Positions 13,320 through 27,185 of a stretch of DNA of 64,000 nucleotides are shown here, piece after piece. Below the pieces are notes generated by a model that made no database searches, was not told the DNA's origin, and saw nothing but the letters and a program-made list of their open reading frames with translations. The position numbers and the translations under genes were made by a program. Origin of the DNA: Octopus vulgaris (Eukaryota); contig OX597821.1 of NCBI GenBank assembly GCA_951406725.2, forward strand, positions 72,912,001 through 72,976,000, given 5' to 3'. The first letter of the stretch is position 1, and every line of letters starts with the position of its first letter.

Positions 13320-14110
13320 AAAACAGAACCTGACTGGAGCAGAAGACGGTCAGGTGTTGTGTTTTAGAGCAGTTAAATGATTATTTATGATCTTATACAC
13401 ACGCTGAAGATTATGTTAGAGAATCGTATGCGAAGAGAGGGCGTTGGAAATAAAAACCTGTTTAGACAGATTCAACTAATTTAGAGTTGTAGAAAGGTCT
13501 GTAGAATGTCCCGATATGAATTTACGAAAATCGCTGCCGGTCTACTTAGAGAGAATATTTATTAAGTTTGTTGATGATAATAATATACAGTTTTCGATAA
13601 ATGGCGACACAAACCACTAGTTTATGATCTGTATGGTCAATATAAATTGGATACCTAAACGGAGACTATTGTAATGGGATTTAGACTCATCGCTGTCAAC
13701 AGGGAAAGCCTGGAACGACATGATTAATGAACTAGTTTATACCACCACTATTAATGAACTAGTTTATACCACTATTAGTGGTATAAACACCAATCAGCCG
13801 TAGGTAAGACCAGAAAAAAGATGGAAACTAGAAATGATTGAATTTAGAAAGGAAAAGAGTTAGAAAATGTTAGATTAAAGAGAGTTAGTGAGGAGAAACA
13901 AGAGGCGATGAACTGGCGGCAAAGTACGATCATTGATAATTTATTTGATGTTACACATGAAGCCAACATTATTCATAAAAAAGGGGGCAAAAGCCTTTCG
14001 GTGGGCAGAGACATGACATTGCAGCAATGCCACAATAGTTTTTTTACAGAATGCAGCGAGCATGTGGGTGGAATTCCAAGCAGACGAAACAAGGTAGAAA
14101 ATACGATCAA
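13320..14110 (+). pseudogene. Ancient CR1/L2-type LINE RT relic
   Basis: Fragmentary motifs W..RSGV, IKFVDDNNI (FADD-like) and a C-terminal FF...WN-like segment; many stops. Confidence 0.35.
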
Positions 14111-14319
14111 ATTATGAACCTACTCAGAAAAAACAAAAACAAAAAAAACAACAAAAAAAAAAAAACAAAAGAAAAGAAAAACAAAAATAGTAAAACTTCT
14201 TACAGCAGATTATAAATTTTTAGATATAAGCTTACAATGTTTACATGTTTCTAAATGACAAGCAATGCAACAATCCTTATAGCTTCAACACACGGTCACA
14301 GATCAAATTACTTGTCTGG

Positions 14320-14915
14320 TATATACTTCTCCGTAAAACATAACAGACCTGATATAATGATTTGGGATAGAGAAGAGAAAGTGTGTACAGTTGTGGAAAT
14401 CAGATGCTCAGTGGATGTTAACATAAAGCTGAAGATCAGCGAAAAAGAAAATAGCTACACTGAACTATTGAGGAATCTACAGCTACTCCATTCAGATTAC
14501 AAGATCAGGTTTATATCTGTAATTATTGGGGCCCTGTGATATGTGACACACTGCTTAAATACCAGTCTTGGGAAACTAAGCTTCTCAAAGCCAGAAAAGA
14601 GAAAGCTAATTCGAAGACTGCAGATGCAATCCATCACTGGAACTGTAAAAATCTGTAAAACTTTCCAGAAATTTATCATTTAAATATATAAGGGCATGTC
14701 TAGATATGCAAATATATGCATGAGAATACACACATAAAACATACAAATCTGCACATATACATACATACATACATACATACATACATACATACATACATAC
14801 ATACATACAAAAATACTCTGTTGATGTTGAAACTCCAATGAAGGAGCCTTGGATCTTGGTTAGAAACTGGTTCTTTCTCTATTGGCAAGAAATCCTGAAA
14901 TAAAATCGAATAATT
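14320..14915 (+). mobile_element. R4/Dong-clade LINE 3' end (RLE domain + 3'UTR) ending in (TACA)n
   Basis: VKHNRPDIMIWDREEKVCTVVEI..EKENSY.EL..VIIGAL is a PD-(D/E)xK RLE signature. The 3'UTR runs into (TACA)n. Confidence 0.85.
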
Positions 14916-15889
14916 ACACATACATACATACATGCATACATACATACATACACATACATACATACATACATACATACATACATACATACATACATACATA
15001 CATTCATACATATATACACACACATACATACATATGCACACACACACATATATATACAAGGTGGACTATAAGACATGCACCAAAATAGTTATCATTATTT
15101 GTTATTCATTTTGTTCATCATGTACGTGTGTATTTATTATTATTATTATTTATTTTATTCTATTTGTTTGATTTATTTTATTGTCTCTGACAATTCCGGG
15201 GCGTATTGAACCCATTTTGTGCGTGACCTTTGACATTTTATTTGTTTTATTTATTCCATCTGATTATTTGTTTTTTTATAATAATTTCTAACTCTTACAT
15301 GTATATATATGTATGCGTATATACATGTATGTATCTACAACCTGCTGCATGGTCGGGTCATGCACCATCACTAGGCTTGCCTGGTTAGGAGAGTTACAAG
15401 AAACCCAACAGAACTAAAAGCAAAACCTGTCAAAAGGACTAGTGTAGGTTGAAGAACCATCTGGCAATAGAACGGGGACACAGAAATTTCGAGTTAGTGT
15501 CCGGCATGCTGGATTACCACTGGGAGTGAGGACCCCTTAACTTTTGTCTTTAGTATGTCTTTAGGAGTAGGTCACTCAGATATAAAACCAGATGTGCAGG
15601 GAATCTATTCTTGCGCTTGAGATCAAGGTGCTCCCACTTTGTGACTAATTCCGACATACCTCGACCGAAGGGTGGTTAAAATAAAGGTGGCGGATGTACC
15701 ATCAGAAGTGAACATCTCCATATTGTACGACACATAGAATAAAACTAATTCTCCATGTGCACAAAATGGAAGATTAGTTAAGTGGGTGTTGACGGGGTCA
15801 ATCGTCAACAACAAATGGACGTTTGGCAATTAGAGTAGAATTAATTAGCTTTAGTAAGCCATTAACGATAGAAATAAATAAAATGGAAG

Positions 15890-16047
15890 TGATATTTCGT
15901 CTGTTCTGAGTTTAAATTCAGCCGAAGTCAACTTTGCTTTCCATCGTATCGGGATCGATAAATTAAGTACCAGTCAAGTACTAGGGTTGATGTGATCGAT
16001 TATCCCCCTCCCCACAAAAATCCAACCTTGTGACTATAGTAGAAAGA

Positions 16048-16083
<36 letters not shown>
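15890..16083 (+). mobile_element. Nin/Deu-type SINE, 5'-degenerate, with (ATT)n tail
   Basis: Core ACTTTGCTTTCCATCGTATCGGGATCGATAAATTAAGTACC; tail AGAAAGAATTATTATT. Confidence 0.75.
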
Positions 16084-16624
16084 GCATACCATCAAAGTGA
16101 CACTGGGGTAAAATATACAAAGCCCACTATACCCATCATGACTACCCGTCTGATAAGGGTACACTAGGCACATGCATCACAACCACATGTGCGCGACATG
16201 GTGATCTCATATCAAGATAAACAATGCATGACCTTACAGGTGGGGCCCAGTTAGAATTTTCTTCAGGTTGAGTAGCCCATCCCGCTCAAAAGGTCCCTGA
16301 ATAAGGTTTGTTTAAGAATGTTGAGTGAAACACCCTTGTTTCGAGAGGTAAATTATTAAAACCCCAAAGAATTCCTCTCAACACATGGTTATGATGCTCC
16401 CCCACTACTTCTACTCGTGATCAGAGATGCACATATCGTCAGCCACTAAGGGACATGGTCAACTGGTTAAGGTCAAACAACTGACAAGCAAATCTGTGGT
16501 ATTGAGCAGAATATTTGCTGTAGCCCATCTTTTATACCAAGACAAAACAATGTGCATAATAACACTTCCAATCAGTTAAGATCAGAAGCCATGAAAGCCA
16601 CTGCCTGGTACTGCATCAGAGCAT
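16084..16624 (-). mobile_element. ~550-bp non-tRNA retroposon-like element, copy 1, in (TAA)n
   Basis: High similarity to 27186-27638 and 27660-28212. Flanked on both sides by (ATT)/(ATC) microsatellite. No ORF or A/B boxes seen. Confidence 0.85.
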
Positions 16625-17050
<426 letters not shown>

Positions 17051-17054
17051 AGTA

Positions 17055-17410
17055 GGCAGTGAGCTGGCAGAGCCGTTAGCTTGCCGGGTAAAATGCTTGT
17101 CGGCATTTTCTCCATCTCTACGTTCTGAGATCAAATTCTGCTGGGGTCGACGCAAGCGAATAGTCCCCATCCAAATTTCAGGTCTTGTGTGTCTAGCAGA
17201 AAGAATTATCGTTATTATTATGAAGGCGTTGAGCTGACCGAATCGCTACCACGCTGGATGGAATGCTTAGCGGCATTTCGTCTGTATTCACGCTCTGAGT
17301 TCAAATTCCTCCGAAGTCGTCTTTGCCTTCAAACCTTTCTAGGATCGATGTAATCGACTTTCCCCCTCCCCCAAATTTCAGGCCTTGTGCCTATAGTAGA
17401 AAGGATTATC
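17055..17410 (+). mobile_element. Two tandem internally deleted Nin/Deu-type SINEs
   Basis: Two GGC.G.GAGCTG.C.GA heads (17055, 17225) with the shared CAAATTTCAGG.CTTGTG..TAG.AGAAAG tail. Confidence 0.8.
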
Positions 17411-18891
17411 ATTGTTATTGCTATGATGTTTGGAATGGGAAGACGTGTATAAAATTTCTCAGTGGAATCGAAATATTTCTACATTTCACTTCATGCAATT
17501 TCTATTTTATCTTTGAATTATTGGTCTCTTTTGACTTTGGAGATTCCATCCATTTACATTGGGTTAGAAAAGATAAGTTAGTGCTTTGTGATATATTTTT
17601 TAGGTTGTCGTTTACTTGTATAATAATATGGCATTATCTGTATTCGCGGTAGACGTGTTAACCCCAAAATGGTTGCAACGAAACACGCTCAAAGTAAAAA
17701 ATGCAAAGAATACCAAAACCTCTCCATGTAAAATTTAAAAAAAAAGACAAATAGAAAAGCAAGAAAATTAACATTGAAGAATCAAGCACAGCAAAAGCAT
17801 TTAGATTTTGGTAAATGAAGAATATTATTATTTATAATTTTGATGCCAAAATCAATTTTGCCAGCTTTATTAGGCAGTCTTACATAAGCCGATTCCTGGA
17901 AGAGGTATATTACAAAGAACAATGCCATTTTGTCTTTGGAATACATTGAAAGAATGGTAAAAGGGAGAGGGATTATATCTGCCTTACCAGAAATAGAGTG
18001 GGGATTTCCGTAGGCACTTGAAATATAAGGAATGGAGGTAGTATTAGCCAAAATGTGCAACAATATCTTTTGTAGAAAACGATAAAAGGTGGAAGATGGT
18101 TGGAATCAGTACAAAAGACAGAATAAGAAAAGACCACCCTCAAAGAAAAGACCCTCCAAAATAAAAGCAGTCAGTAAGTATGAAGAGTACCCCTTTCCTA
18201 GGACATGTTTTTCAAGATTGCACCAAACGATGAAGCTGCTTATAGGGGAGGCCGAAGGGAGACCAGAAGAATGTTTAAGGCAACGAAGGATTAGGTGTAG
18301 ATGAATACTTCTGTAAGTTAAATGTGATACCTAAACTTAACCTGCGCAGAGGATGTGGGTTGCATCAAACCATGACCACTCCTCCAAATATTTACATATG
18401 ATGTTGAGACGAGGTATACTCGACCATACGATAAGGCGCAATAATATAACTACAACAACAAGAAGAAGCTCGCATAGCAAACTAGGAAAGAAAGGGGAAC
18501 ACTTGAGTCTGATTATTATAATAGTGGGGGACCCTCCAGACAAAATGAAACTAGTCGGGAAGTACGGGGAAGTGAAATGAAACCAAGATCGAACCTTTGC
18601 CAAACAAATCAAAAAGCCGCCATTTTAATAGCACGCCAATATTTTCACACACCTTTGTGTGACATAACACCAGTTAATTTACAACTTTTGTATAATTTAA
18701 TAAATACCAGCCAAATAACTGATTTCCGCAAATATTTAATAAGTCGATAATTTAATAAATATTTGGTAAAATAATTCAATAGATATTTAATAAGTCAATA
18801 ATTACAGGAATATGTGTATGTATATATATGAATGTATGTACGTGTGTATATTTGTGTATATATGCGTGTGCATTACTGTGCGGAAGAATAT

Positions 18892-18952
<61 letters not shown>

Positions 18953-19116
18953 ATGTGTGTATGTATGTATGTATGGATATGTGTATATGTATGTGAGCAT
19001 ATATATATGTGTGTATGTATCTGTACGTGTATGTATGTGTGTATGCATGAATACGTCTGCGTAAAGGCACGCAAATACACATATATGTAAAGATGTGTGC
19101 TCATAAATATAGATAA

Positions 19117-19172
<56 letters not shown>

Positions 19173-19607
19173 GCTCAAATGCATGCACATATAATATATG
19201 TATGCGTGTATGTATAAATGTATATATATCGTAAAAACCCACTTCCTAACCGATACCGCGACAATTTCGAACAGAACATTACCGATATGGTTAAAAACAC
19301 AATGTGTGTGTATGTGCGTGTGCATTCTCATATATAGGTATGTGTTTGTGTATGTACGAATTTAAAAAGAATGTTACAAAAAAATCATGAATGTGTATCA
19401 GTGTGTGTGTGTATTTGTGTGTGTGTGTGTGTGTATGTATAAAACATGACATCTACTTATTAAATCAATAATTTAATTAAAATATCGAATCTGACCATTC
19501 TATTGACATTAGATTCTCATGTCTGTAATTGACCCAATCAAAATGGTGACGGAAGCAGAAATGTGCATGTGTGTGTGGGGGGATTACACACACACACACA
19601 CTCGCAC

Positions 19608-19744
19608 ATACACACACTCGCACATACACACACACACACGCACATACACACACACATGGTGTTGTGTACGTGTATGTGTATATATATATGTGAGTGGGGG
19701 ATATGTTCGTGTGTATATAAATGAGTATGTCGGTGTGTACGTAG

Positions 19745-19821
<77 letters not shown>

Positions 19822-20025
19822 GTATACATACATTTATATGTATATGTATGTATGTGTATATATATATATATGTATGTGTATATGTATATATATATATATA
19901 TGTATATGTATGTATATATACTCATTTATATACACACGAACATATCCCCCACTCACATATATATATACACATACACGTACACAACACCATGTGTGTGTGT
20001 ATGTGCGTGTGTGTGTGTATGTGCG

Positions 20026-20039
<14 letters not shown>
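19608..20039. repeat. ~120-bp inverted duplication flanking a (TA)n-rich spacer
   Basis: 19608-19728 (..CATGGTGTTGTGTACG..GTGAGTGGGGGATATGTTCG..ATGAGTAT) is the reverse complement of 19918-20039. Confidence 0.9.
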
Positions 20040-20059
<20 letters not shown>

Positions 20060-20705
20060 CGCACGCACACACACACATACACATATATGCCCGTGTGTAA
20101 ATTTTCAATTTGTTTCAAGCGAGAATATAAAATATAAATACCAAAGTAAAGAAACAGATAAACAAATATCTTAATTAAACTAATAATAATAATAATGCTT
20201 TTATTTATTTTTACTTGGGGAGGTGTCAGCGGTTCAATTTTTCAAAGGTGTTAAATGAAAACTCGCCGAGTGTCACATTACGGAGGCCTGTGTCGTCTGG
20301 CATGTGAACCATAAACACTTACTAGCATAAAGCACAGGGTCTTAAATCCGGAGAGCAATGGCTTGATTCAATTATCTCCATCTTAGTATTTAACTCCCAG
20401 TTACTTGTGTGACTATGGAATGATGAAAGGCGACGCTAGCCTCAGCACTGCGTCACGTGTGTTATATTGGTTTTGTTTCTAAATACGTCTAGTGTTGAGG
20501 GTGAAAATGGGAAGCGGTGACGTTCATGCCGTTATCAACGGTATTTATGGGAGAAGAACGAAAACGCGTGATTTAGTGGCTAGGATATTCGGCTCATGAT
20601 CGCAAGCTCGATTCACGGCCATGCGTTGTGTCCTTAAGCAAGACACTTTATTTCACGTTGCTCCAGCTCAGCCGTTTATGCATGTGTGTGCATGCACACA
20701 CATAT

Positions 20706-20761
<56 letters not shown>

Positions 20762-21060
20762 GTATGTATATGGATTTGAAAAAAATTAAATGTATAAACA
20801 AGTAGGCACATGCAGGATTGGCCTCGTTGTTTATATATTTAATCTTTGGCGTCTCTGTTGATGAAGACTTCGCCTGGTAAATTATTTTATTTACTAAAAT
20901 AAGTTAGAAACCATGGTCCAGGAAAGAGATGCTAAATGTTTTTTAATGTTTCATTCAGTTCGAGAATTTATCCCTAATTAGTAGTTTGGACTTTAGCTGT
21001 TCTTTCTAGCGTAAAGGATTTCTATGGTGGAAACCTCTTAATGTGTTTGAATGGACACTG

Positions 21061-21107
<47 letters not shown>

Positions 21108-21400
21108 ATGGACTCTCCCGTCGTTAGACGACGTACGAGGGTTCGACAATTTGTTACAGATCAACCATACAGATTTTTGTTTATAGAGATTAAATGTTTG
21201 TGCACACATAAGCTCACTCCCTCCGTCAAATTGGCATTACCTGTACAGGTGCAACGGATACCACATGTCAGGCGATGAAATGATCGCAGAGCAACGTGAT
21301 ATGAAGTGCTTTGCTCAAGAACACAACGCAACGCTCGGTCTGGGAATCGAACCCGCGACCTCGCAATTGCGAGTGCAACACCTTAACCACTAAGCCATAA
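21108..21400 (-). mobile_element. tRNA-derived SINE with RTE-like 3' tail
   Basis: Head TGGCTTAGTGGTTAAGG..GGTTCGATTCCC; core GTGTTCTTGAGCAAAGCACTT; terminal hairpin CGTCGTCTAACGACG. Confidence 0.75.
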
Positions 21401-21452
21401 GTCTTCATATACATACATATACATATACATACATACATGCATATATATATAT

Positions 21453-21592
<140 letters not shown>

Positions 21593-21758
21593 GCATGCAT
21601 GCACACACATGCATAAATGCACATGTACGAATTCACTTACTGACTCACTCACTCTCTCTCTCACACACACACACATACACAATATTTGTTTTCATATTCT
21701 TACAAAACTAAAAACCTGTGTGTGTCTGACTGTATGTGTATGTATGCATGTATGTATG

Positions 21759-21812
<54 letters not shown>

Positions 21813-22363
21813 CATACATACATATATACATATACATAACGAGGGAAGGAAAGAGGGGGAGAGAGGAGGAAGAGAGATATTTCAGTTTTTATCTCAGATT
21901 TTCCACTATTTTATTGTACAAAATAATTTAAGATAATTCTAAAGATAAAAAACGGAATAAATAAAGTCGCCCAATTCTTTGGTTCGGTTTAAAAATCGCA
22001 GGAAGATGGGAGTCAAGTGGGATTTCGTTCTATTTCTATAAAACTAGATTGAAACTATTCTCTGTATTATTGCAAACGTCTCAATAATGTTTGTTTGTTT
22101 CGAGTGTATCGATCTGTGGATGATTGTTGCGGAATATTGCGTGAAAGGAAAATTCAGGGACTATTGTAAGTTGGTATTCATGGAATTATCGTTGTTGTTG
22201 TTGTTGCTGGGGATGGCGGTGGTAGAGTTGTTGTTGTTGTTGTTGTTGTTAAGGTGTTGTTGTTGTTGCATTTGTTCATGAAAATATTATTGTTTAGGTT
22301 GACGTTGTTGTCACTGTTGGTTGAGGTGTTTATGTTGAACGCTTATGTTGTTGCTTGTATGGG

Positions 22364-22398
<35 letters not shown>

Positions 22399-22719
22399 GC
22401 TGCTGCTGCTGCTGATACAGGGCCTTGTTATCTGTCGTTGCAAATAGACTTTTGTCAAGAATGTACTGGAACAATTCTTGCGATATTCTTGTAGGTTAAC
22501 GTCCGAGGTGTTGGGCAGGAAGTTGTTTGGGAAAGATGTGGATGGGTGTGTTTGCGGAGGCGGAAGTGATGGAAGGAGGAAATGGTGGTAATAGTAGCAG
22601 GGCGTGACCAGTGAGGGCGCTGCTGGTAGTGTAGTAATGTGCGTGTGGATGGCATTGGATGTGATGTATGTAACAAGTAACGGCAGAAGTGAGAAGGATT
22701 GTATTAAATCTGAAAAGTT

Positions 22720-22935
22720 TGAATGTGTGTGTTTGTCCCCCAACGTCACTTCACAATCGGTGTTGGTGTGTTTATGTTTTCTTAACTTAGCGATTTGTCT
22801 AAGGGGACCGATAGAATAAGTACCAGGGTCTATAAAATAAGTACTGGGGTCGATTCGTTTAATTAAAATTCTTCAAAGTGGTGCCCCAGCATGGCCGCAG
22901 TCAAATGACTGAAACAAGTAAACGAATAAAAGAAT
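22720..22935 (+). mobile_element. CORE-like SINE, 3' half
   Basis: Matches the tail of 35728-36120 (CAGCATGGCCGCAGTCAAATGACTGAAACAAG). Confidence 0.8.
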
Positions 22936-23064
22936 GTATATATATGCGTGCGTGTGTGTGTGCGTGCGTGTTGTGCGTGTGTGTGTGCGTATGTGTGCGT
23001 GCGTGCGGGTGTGTGTGTATGCGCGTGTGTGTATGCATGTGTGTGTGTGTGTTTGTGTGTGTGT

Positions 23065-23600
23065 ACGGGGTACACAGACACCATGTGTCCAAGTCAGTGT
23101 CGTTCAGGGTCGCGGAGGTCCTCTTCAGAAGCGAAGCCCTGTCGCTGAAGCATTCTCTAGTTCTCATACAAGATAGGAAAAATTATCTTCTACTCAACAT
23201 ATTTAGGAAGAAGGGGAGAGTTTCACCAGGGATCGATCTATGGTGGCAGTTGGTGTGACATCCTCCTCAACGTAAAACGAACTGGAATGGAGTTTTGGTT
23301 TGGGAATACGCTGGAGTTCCTTACTCAGATGAAACTGGAGGATGTGGAAAAGGTCCTAGATCTTACCTGTCCAATGGAGAGGAGCTATGTGTTGCAGTTG
23401 TGGGCAGAAGGCCAAGATGGTGCATCCGCAGATTATGTGGTCGACTGTTTCTGATGAGCTGCTTCCATGTTTCAGGACATTTCTTTGGTAATCCCCAGGT
23501 GGAATGGACTCGTCCTGAGCAGCAATGATTTCTGGTTTGAGACCAGAGCATGACAGCTATCGATGAATAAGGGCTTGATCTACATCAGGGACCCTGATTC
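23065..23600 (+). pseudogene. Possible L1/Tx1-type LINE ORF1 (gag-knuckle) relic
   Basis: GC-richer block encoding ..GEELCVAVVGRRPR..C..C..GH..; degenerate. Confidence 0.3.
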
Positions 23601-23724
23601 TAGTCGGGTATTTGTTATGAAGTGGTCTTTGCTCCCATTTCCCCTGATATCGTGGGTTTGTTTGGCTGTGGTTTTTATTTGTTTTGCTTCGTCTGTTTCT
23701 TCGGGTACTGGTTCGTATAGATGA

Positions 23725-23910
23725 AGTTTAGAGAAAAGTAAAAGACGAAGGCAGGTGTATAAACAACAATCAGGTGTATAAGTTTAACGCTCGGGAAGGC
23801 GAGAAAGCCTTTTGGGTTTCGAGCCTACGCTCTTCAACAGAAAGGAACACGAAGAAATAAACAGACAGAATAAAAAAAAACTTTTGGAGCTAGCGGTCAA
23901 TCATGGCGGC
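23725..23910 (-). mobile_element. Penelope-like pLTR remnant with hammerhead-like motif
   Basis: Second copy of 1105-1300. Minus strand CTTT-CTGTTGAA-GAGC GTAG GCTC-GAAAC at about 23808-23845. Confidence 0.6.
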
Positions 23911-24299
23911 TGGCTGGTTCGTATAGTTACATTTCTCGGAGGTGTATTGTTCCGTTTTTTGAGTGCAACATCCTGGTTTCTTCCTGTTTTAACATCCAGT
24001 CGTTTGTTTGTTGCAAGTAGACCGAAAGTCCCATGGATGAAATTTACAATGAGAGTTGAGATTGTATTAACCCCAGACCGCCTTCTTTTCTCGGGAAGTA
24101 TATTCGACCTGTGTCTGCTTTGGATGATGTATACAATACAGTGTCATCAGCTTTCTTCTTTTGACACCAACTTTGTTGATCTCAGAAAGGGGCCAGTTTA
24201 TAATATTGAAGGTGTGTGTGACTACCGGCATGGCTAGTTTGGTTTCTGGCATTCAGCTCGGTTTTCAGAATGTTTCGTGCTCTTCCGCAGCATCTCTCC

Positions 24300-26150
24300 C
24301 CCGTCTTCTCTCGCATTAAAACTGTCCTGAGCTTCTAATTCTTTTTTCTATCTCGCAGTCTCTATCTAGAGTAATACTTCTTGTGTTTAGTAGTTTTCAC
24401 TTGGTGAATGTAGCTTTGGCGCATTTGTCAAACCCATTTTCCATTTTGACGCTATCACTAAATTGTTTGATTGTACGTGGGAGCGCTTGCGTTTGTTTGG
24501 CATTATTTGCTAACAGTTTCAAGTCACTCATAAAAAGATGACTAGCTGTTTTTGTGTCCATGAGTTGTTATATTTGGGAGTATGCTGAAAGGAAACAGTA
24601 CGAAGCAGAATAAGAAAGGAGATAATGAGTCTCCTGGAAACATTCCACAATTAATATTCTTTTCTACTCTAGGCACAAGGCCAGACATTTTTGGGGTGGG
24701 GGCCAGTCAATTAGATGAACCTCAGTACATAGCTGGTGCTTAATTTATCGACCCCGAAAGGATGAAAGGCAACGTCAACCTCGGTGGAATTTGAACACAG
24801 AACCTAAAGACAGACGAAATACCTATTTCTTTACTACCCACAAGGAGCTAAACACAGAGAGGACAAACAAAGACAGACAAACGGATTAAGTCGATTATAT
24901 CGATCCCAGTGCGTAACTGGTACTTATTTAATTGACCCCGAAAGGATGAAAGGCAAAGTCGACCTCGGCGGAATTTGAACTCAGAACGTAACGGCAGACG
25001 AAATACGGCTACGCATTTCGCCCGGCGTGTTAACGTTTCTACCAGCTCACCGCCTTATTCTACAATTAATATTGACTTGTCCGACGTTTATATTTGTAAT
25101 GTCAGTGTTGAGAATCAATGTCGTTTTCCGGAGCTTCATGGTGTGAGATACAAAATTCCTGGTCGCTGGTGAAATTTTGAACACATCCAAGCATTCCTTC
25201 ATCCAGTTATGAGAAAGACTATCAAAAGCCTTTTTGTAGTCTATCCAGGCCACTGAGAGATGCTTTTTTCCGTTGTGGCAGTCTTTAAAAATCAGTCTGC
25301 TAATTAACAGTTGATCGCTCATTCTATAAGACTCACATTTACATCTTTTTTGTTCATCAGGGATGAAGTTGTTATTAAGAAAAGCATATGTACGTTCCAT
25401 TAGAAAAGATGTTAAGATTTTTTACACTGTTGTAAGACACGTTATGGGTCTATAGTTCTTAAGGTCTTAGTTCTTTTGTTTCATCATTTTGGGGGAGCAA
25501 AAAAGTGACACCATCGGCCAGCCATTCTGGGGTTAATCTACGGTTCCTTCATAATTGCGTTGTAGCTACAAGTTAGTATCTTGCGTGAGTTTGTAAATAC
25601 ATTGAGCCAATAGTTTGGGGTCTTATCCATACCAGGTGTTTTCCACTTACTGTACGTTTGTAATGCGAGTTTGACATTTTTTACTCTTATCTCTTCCCAT
25701 ATTTGCTCTTCTATAAAGCAAGTGTCGTTTTTTTTTGTCTATTAATCCATGGGGTATCTCAGCTGTGCTCCATTTCAACTGCCTAAATTTTACTCCAGAA
25801 CTCCAGAATTTCATGCTCTGAAGACAATTCTCTTTTCATGTTCTTTCCAAAATGTCTATCGAACTTCTTTGGATTATTTTTAAAACATGCTGTTATCTTT
25901 GAAGAACCCGGATCGTTTTCCGAAGTGGCGTTTCCGCGCGGCTTTCGTCTGCACTTTTTACTTCACCAAATTGCTGTTCTGCTTTAATTCGTACTTTCTC
26001 ATTATCTTTTTCTTCCCAAATGGTTTTATTTTAAGATTTTTGCTGAAGATTTGCAGCGTTTCTTTATCAGATCGGAGAGCATCGGATTGTTTGTTGATTT
26101 TTTTTTCTTGCAACGTTTTTTATGAGTATTCACCTTTCTCTTTTTCAGTT
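24300..26150 (-). pseudogene. R4/Dong-clade LINE RT region, interrupted by a SINE dimer
   Basis: FIPDEQK.C..SDQLLI..HLSVAWIDYKKAFDSLSHNW..; YRPITCL; HLF.SDLKL. Fragment starts next to an (ATC)n run. Confidence 0.85.
24659..25056 (-). mobile_element. Dimeric Nin/Deu-type SINE inserted in the LINE RT, 17-bp TSD
   Basis: TSD ATTC(C/T)ACAATTAATATT at 24642-24658 and 25057-25073; two cores. Confidence 0.9.
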
Positions 26151-26474
26151 TTACGCCACTTATCACCACCACCACCACTACAATCATCATCATCATCATC
26201 GTCGTCGTCGTCGTCGTCGTCATCATCATCATCATCATCATCATCATCACTATAAGTGGATTGACAGAGTCATCAGTGTGTTGAACAAAATATCTTGTGA
26301 TATTTTGTTATAGCTCTTTACGTTCCGGGTTTCAATCCCGGCAGGGTCAACTTTGCATTTGATTCCTCTGGGATCGATAACATATAGTACCAGTCAAATA
26401 TCGGGGTTGATATTAACCCCTTTCTTCAAAACTGCTGAACTTGGTCTAAATTAAAAACAGTTATTATTACTATC

Positions 26475-26960
26475 ATTTTTCTTTTAATCACTGTATCTGA
26501 TGCAATCACTTGCTGGGTCATATCTAGTGCCATGGGGCAAATGAAGGTTAAGAGATGCTTAGTTATAACTGAAGTTTTGGGGAGAGAAAGTGGCGGATGA
26601 AGGGATTCAGAAATACTATCATATAATACGACATAGCACAAACTTTTAAATTGATAGGGTTTTTCTAAGGATGTGAACGGTACTTGTAAACACATTCTTT
26701 TGAAGTTCTGTGAGATATGGTTCTCCTGGGATCTAGATGTTTTTCGACATTCCCTTTTTACCATGCCCAGAGCATTTGCGATAATAAGGACAATTTTTGC
26801 TTTAAAATGCCACCTCTTTTGTATTTCAATTTCTTGGTCCTTGTATTTACTAACCTTGTCAAATTCCTTGACAGGTACGTTCTTATCCGTGGGGACACGC
26901 ACATCTACCAGTTTACAAGTATTTGCTTCCCCGTCTTAAATAATTATGTCTGGTCGATTA
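26475..26960 (-). mobile_element. R4/Dong-clade LINE 3' end (RLE + 3'UTR)
   Basis: RPDIII..VPTDKNVPVKEFDKVSKYKDQEIEIQKRW..IIANALG; ends at a (TAA)-like run tail-to-tail with a SINE at about 26270-26460. Confidence 0.85.
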
Positions 26961-27185
26961 TTAATATTATTGATTTGACTCGAGTTCGTACTTATTCCCG
27001 GTAGAGTTTATGAGGGTGGCAGGTTACTACCTCTAACCATTGTTATCAAGAATCTTTCAGTAATCTCCTGATAATCTTTCCTGTTCCCAAGAAGCAAACT
27101 TTTAGTTGAAGCTCTGTAGGACATTCTATTCCAATCTCCTTCAAATATCATCATCATCATCATCATCATCATCATTATTATTATT

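Noticed and set aside
15340-15830. Possible RTE LINE 5'UTR with HDV-like ribozyme
   Set aside because: Only a vague resemblance; no fold or downstream endonuclease motif could be supported.
17780-18620. Complex sequence with short ORFs (possible LINE ORF1 or exon)
   Set aside because: No recognisable motif or consistent splice signals.
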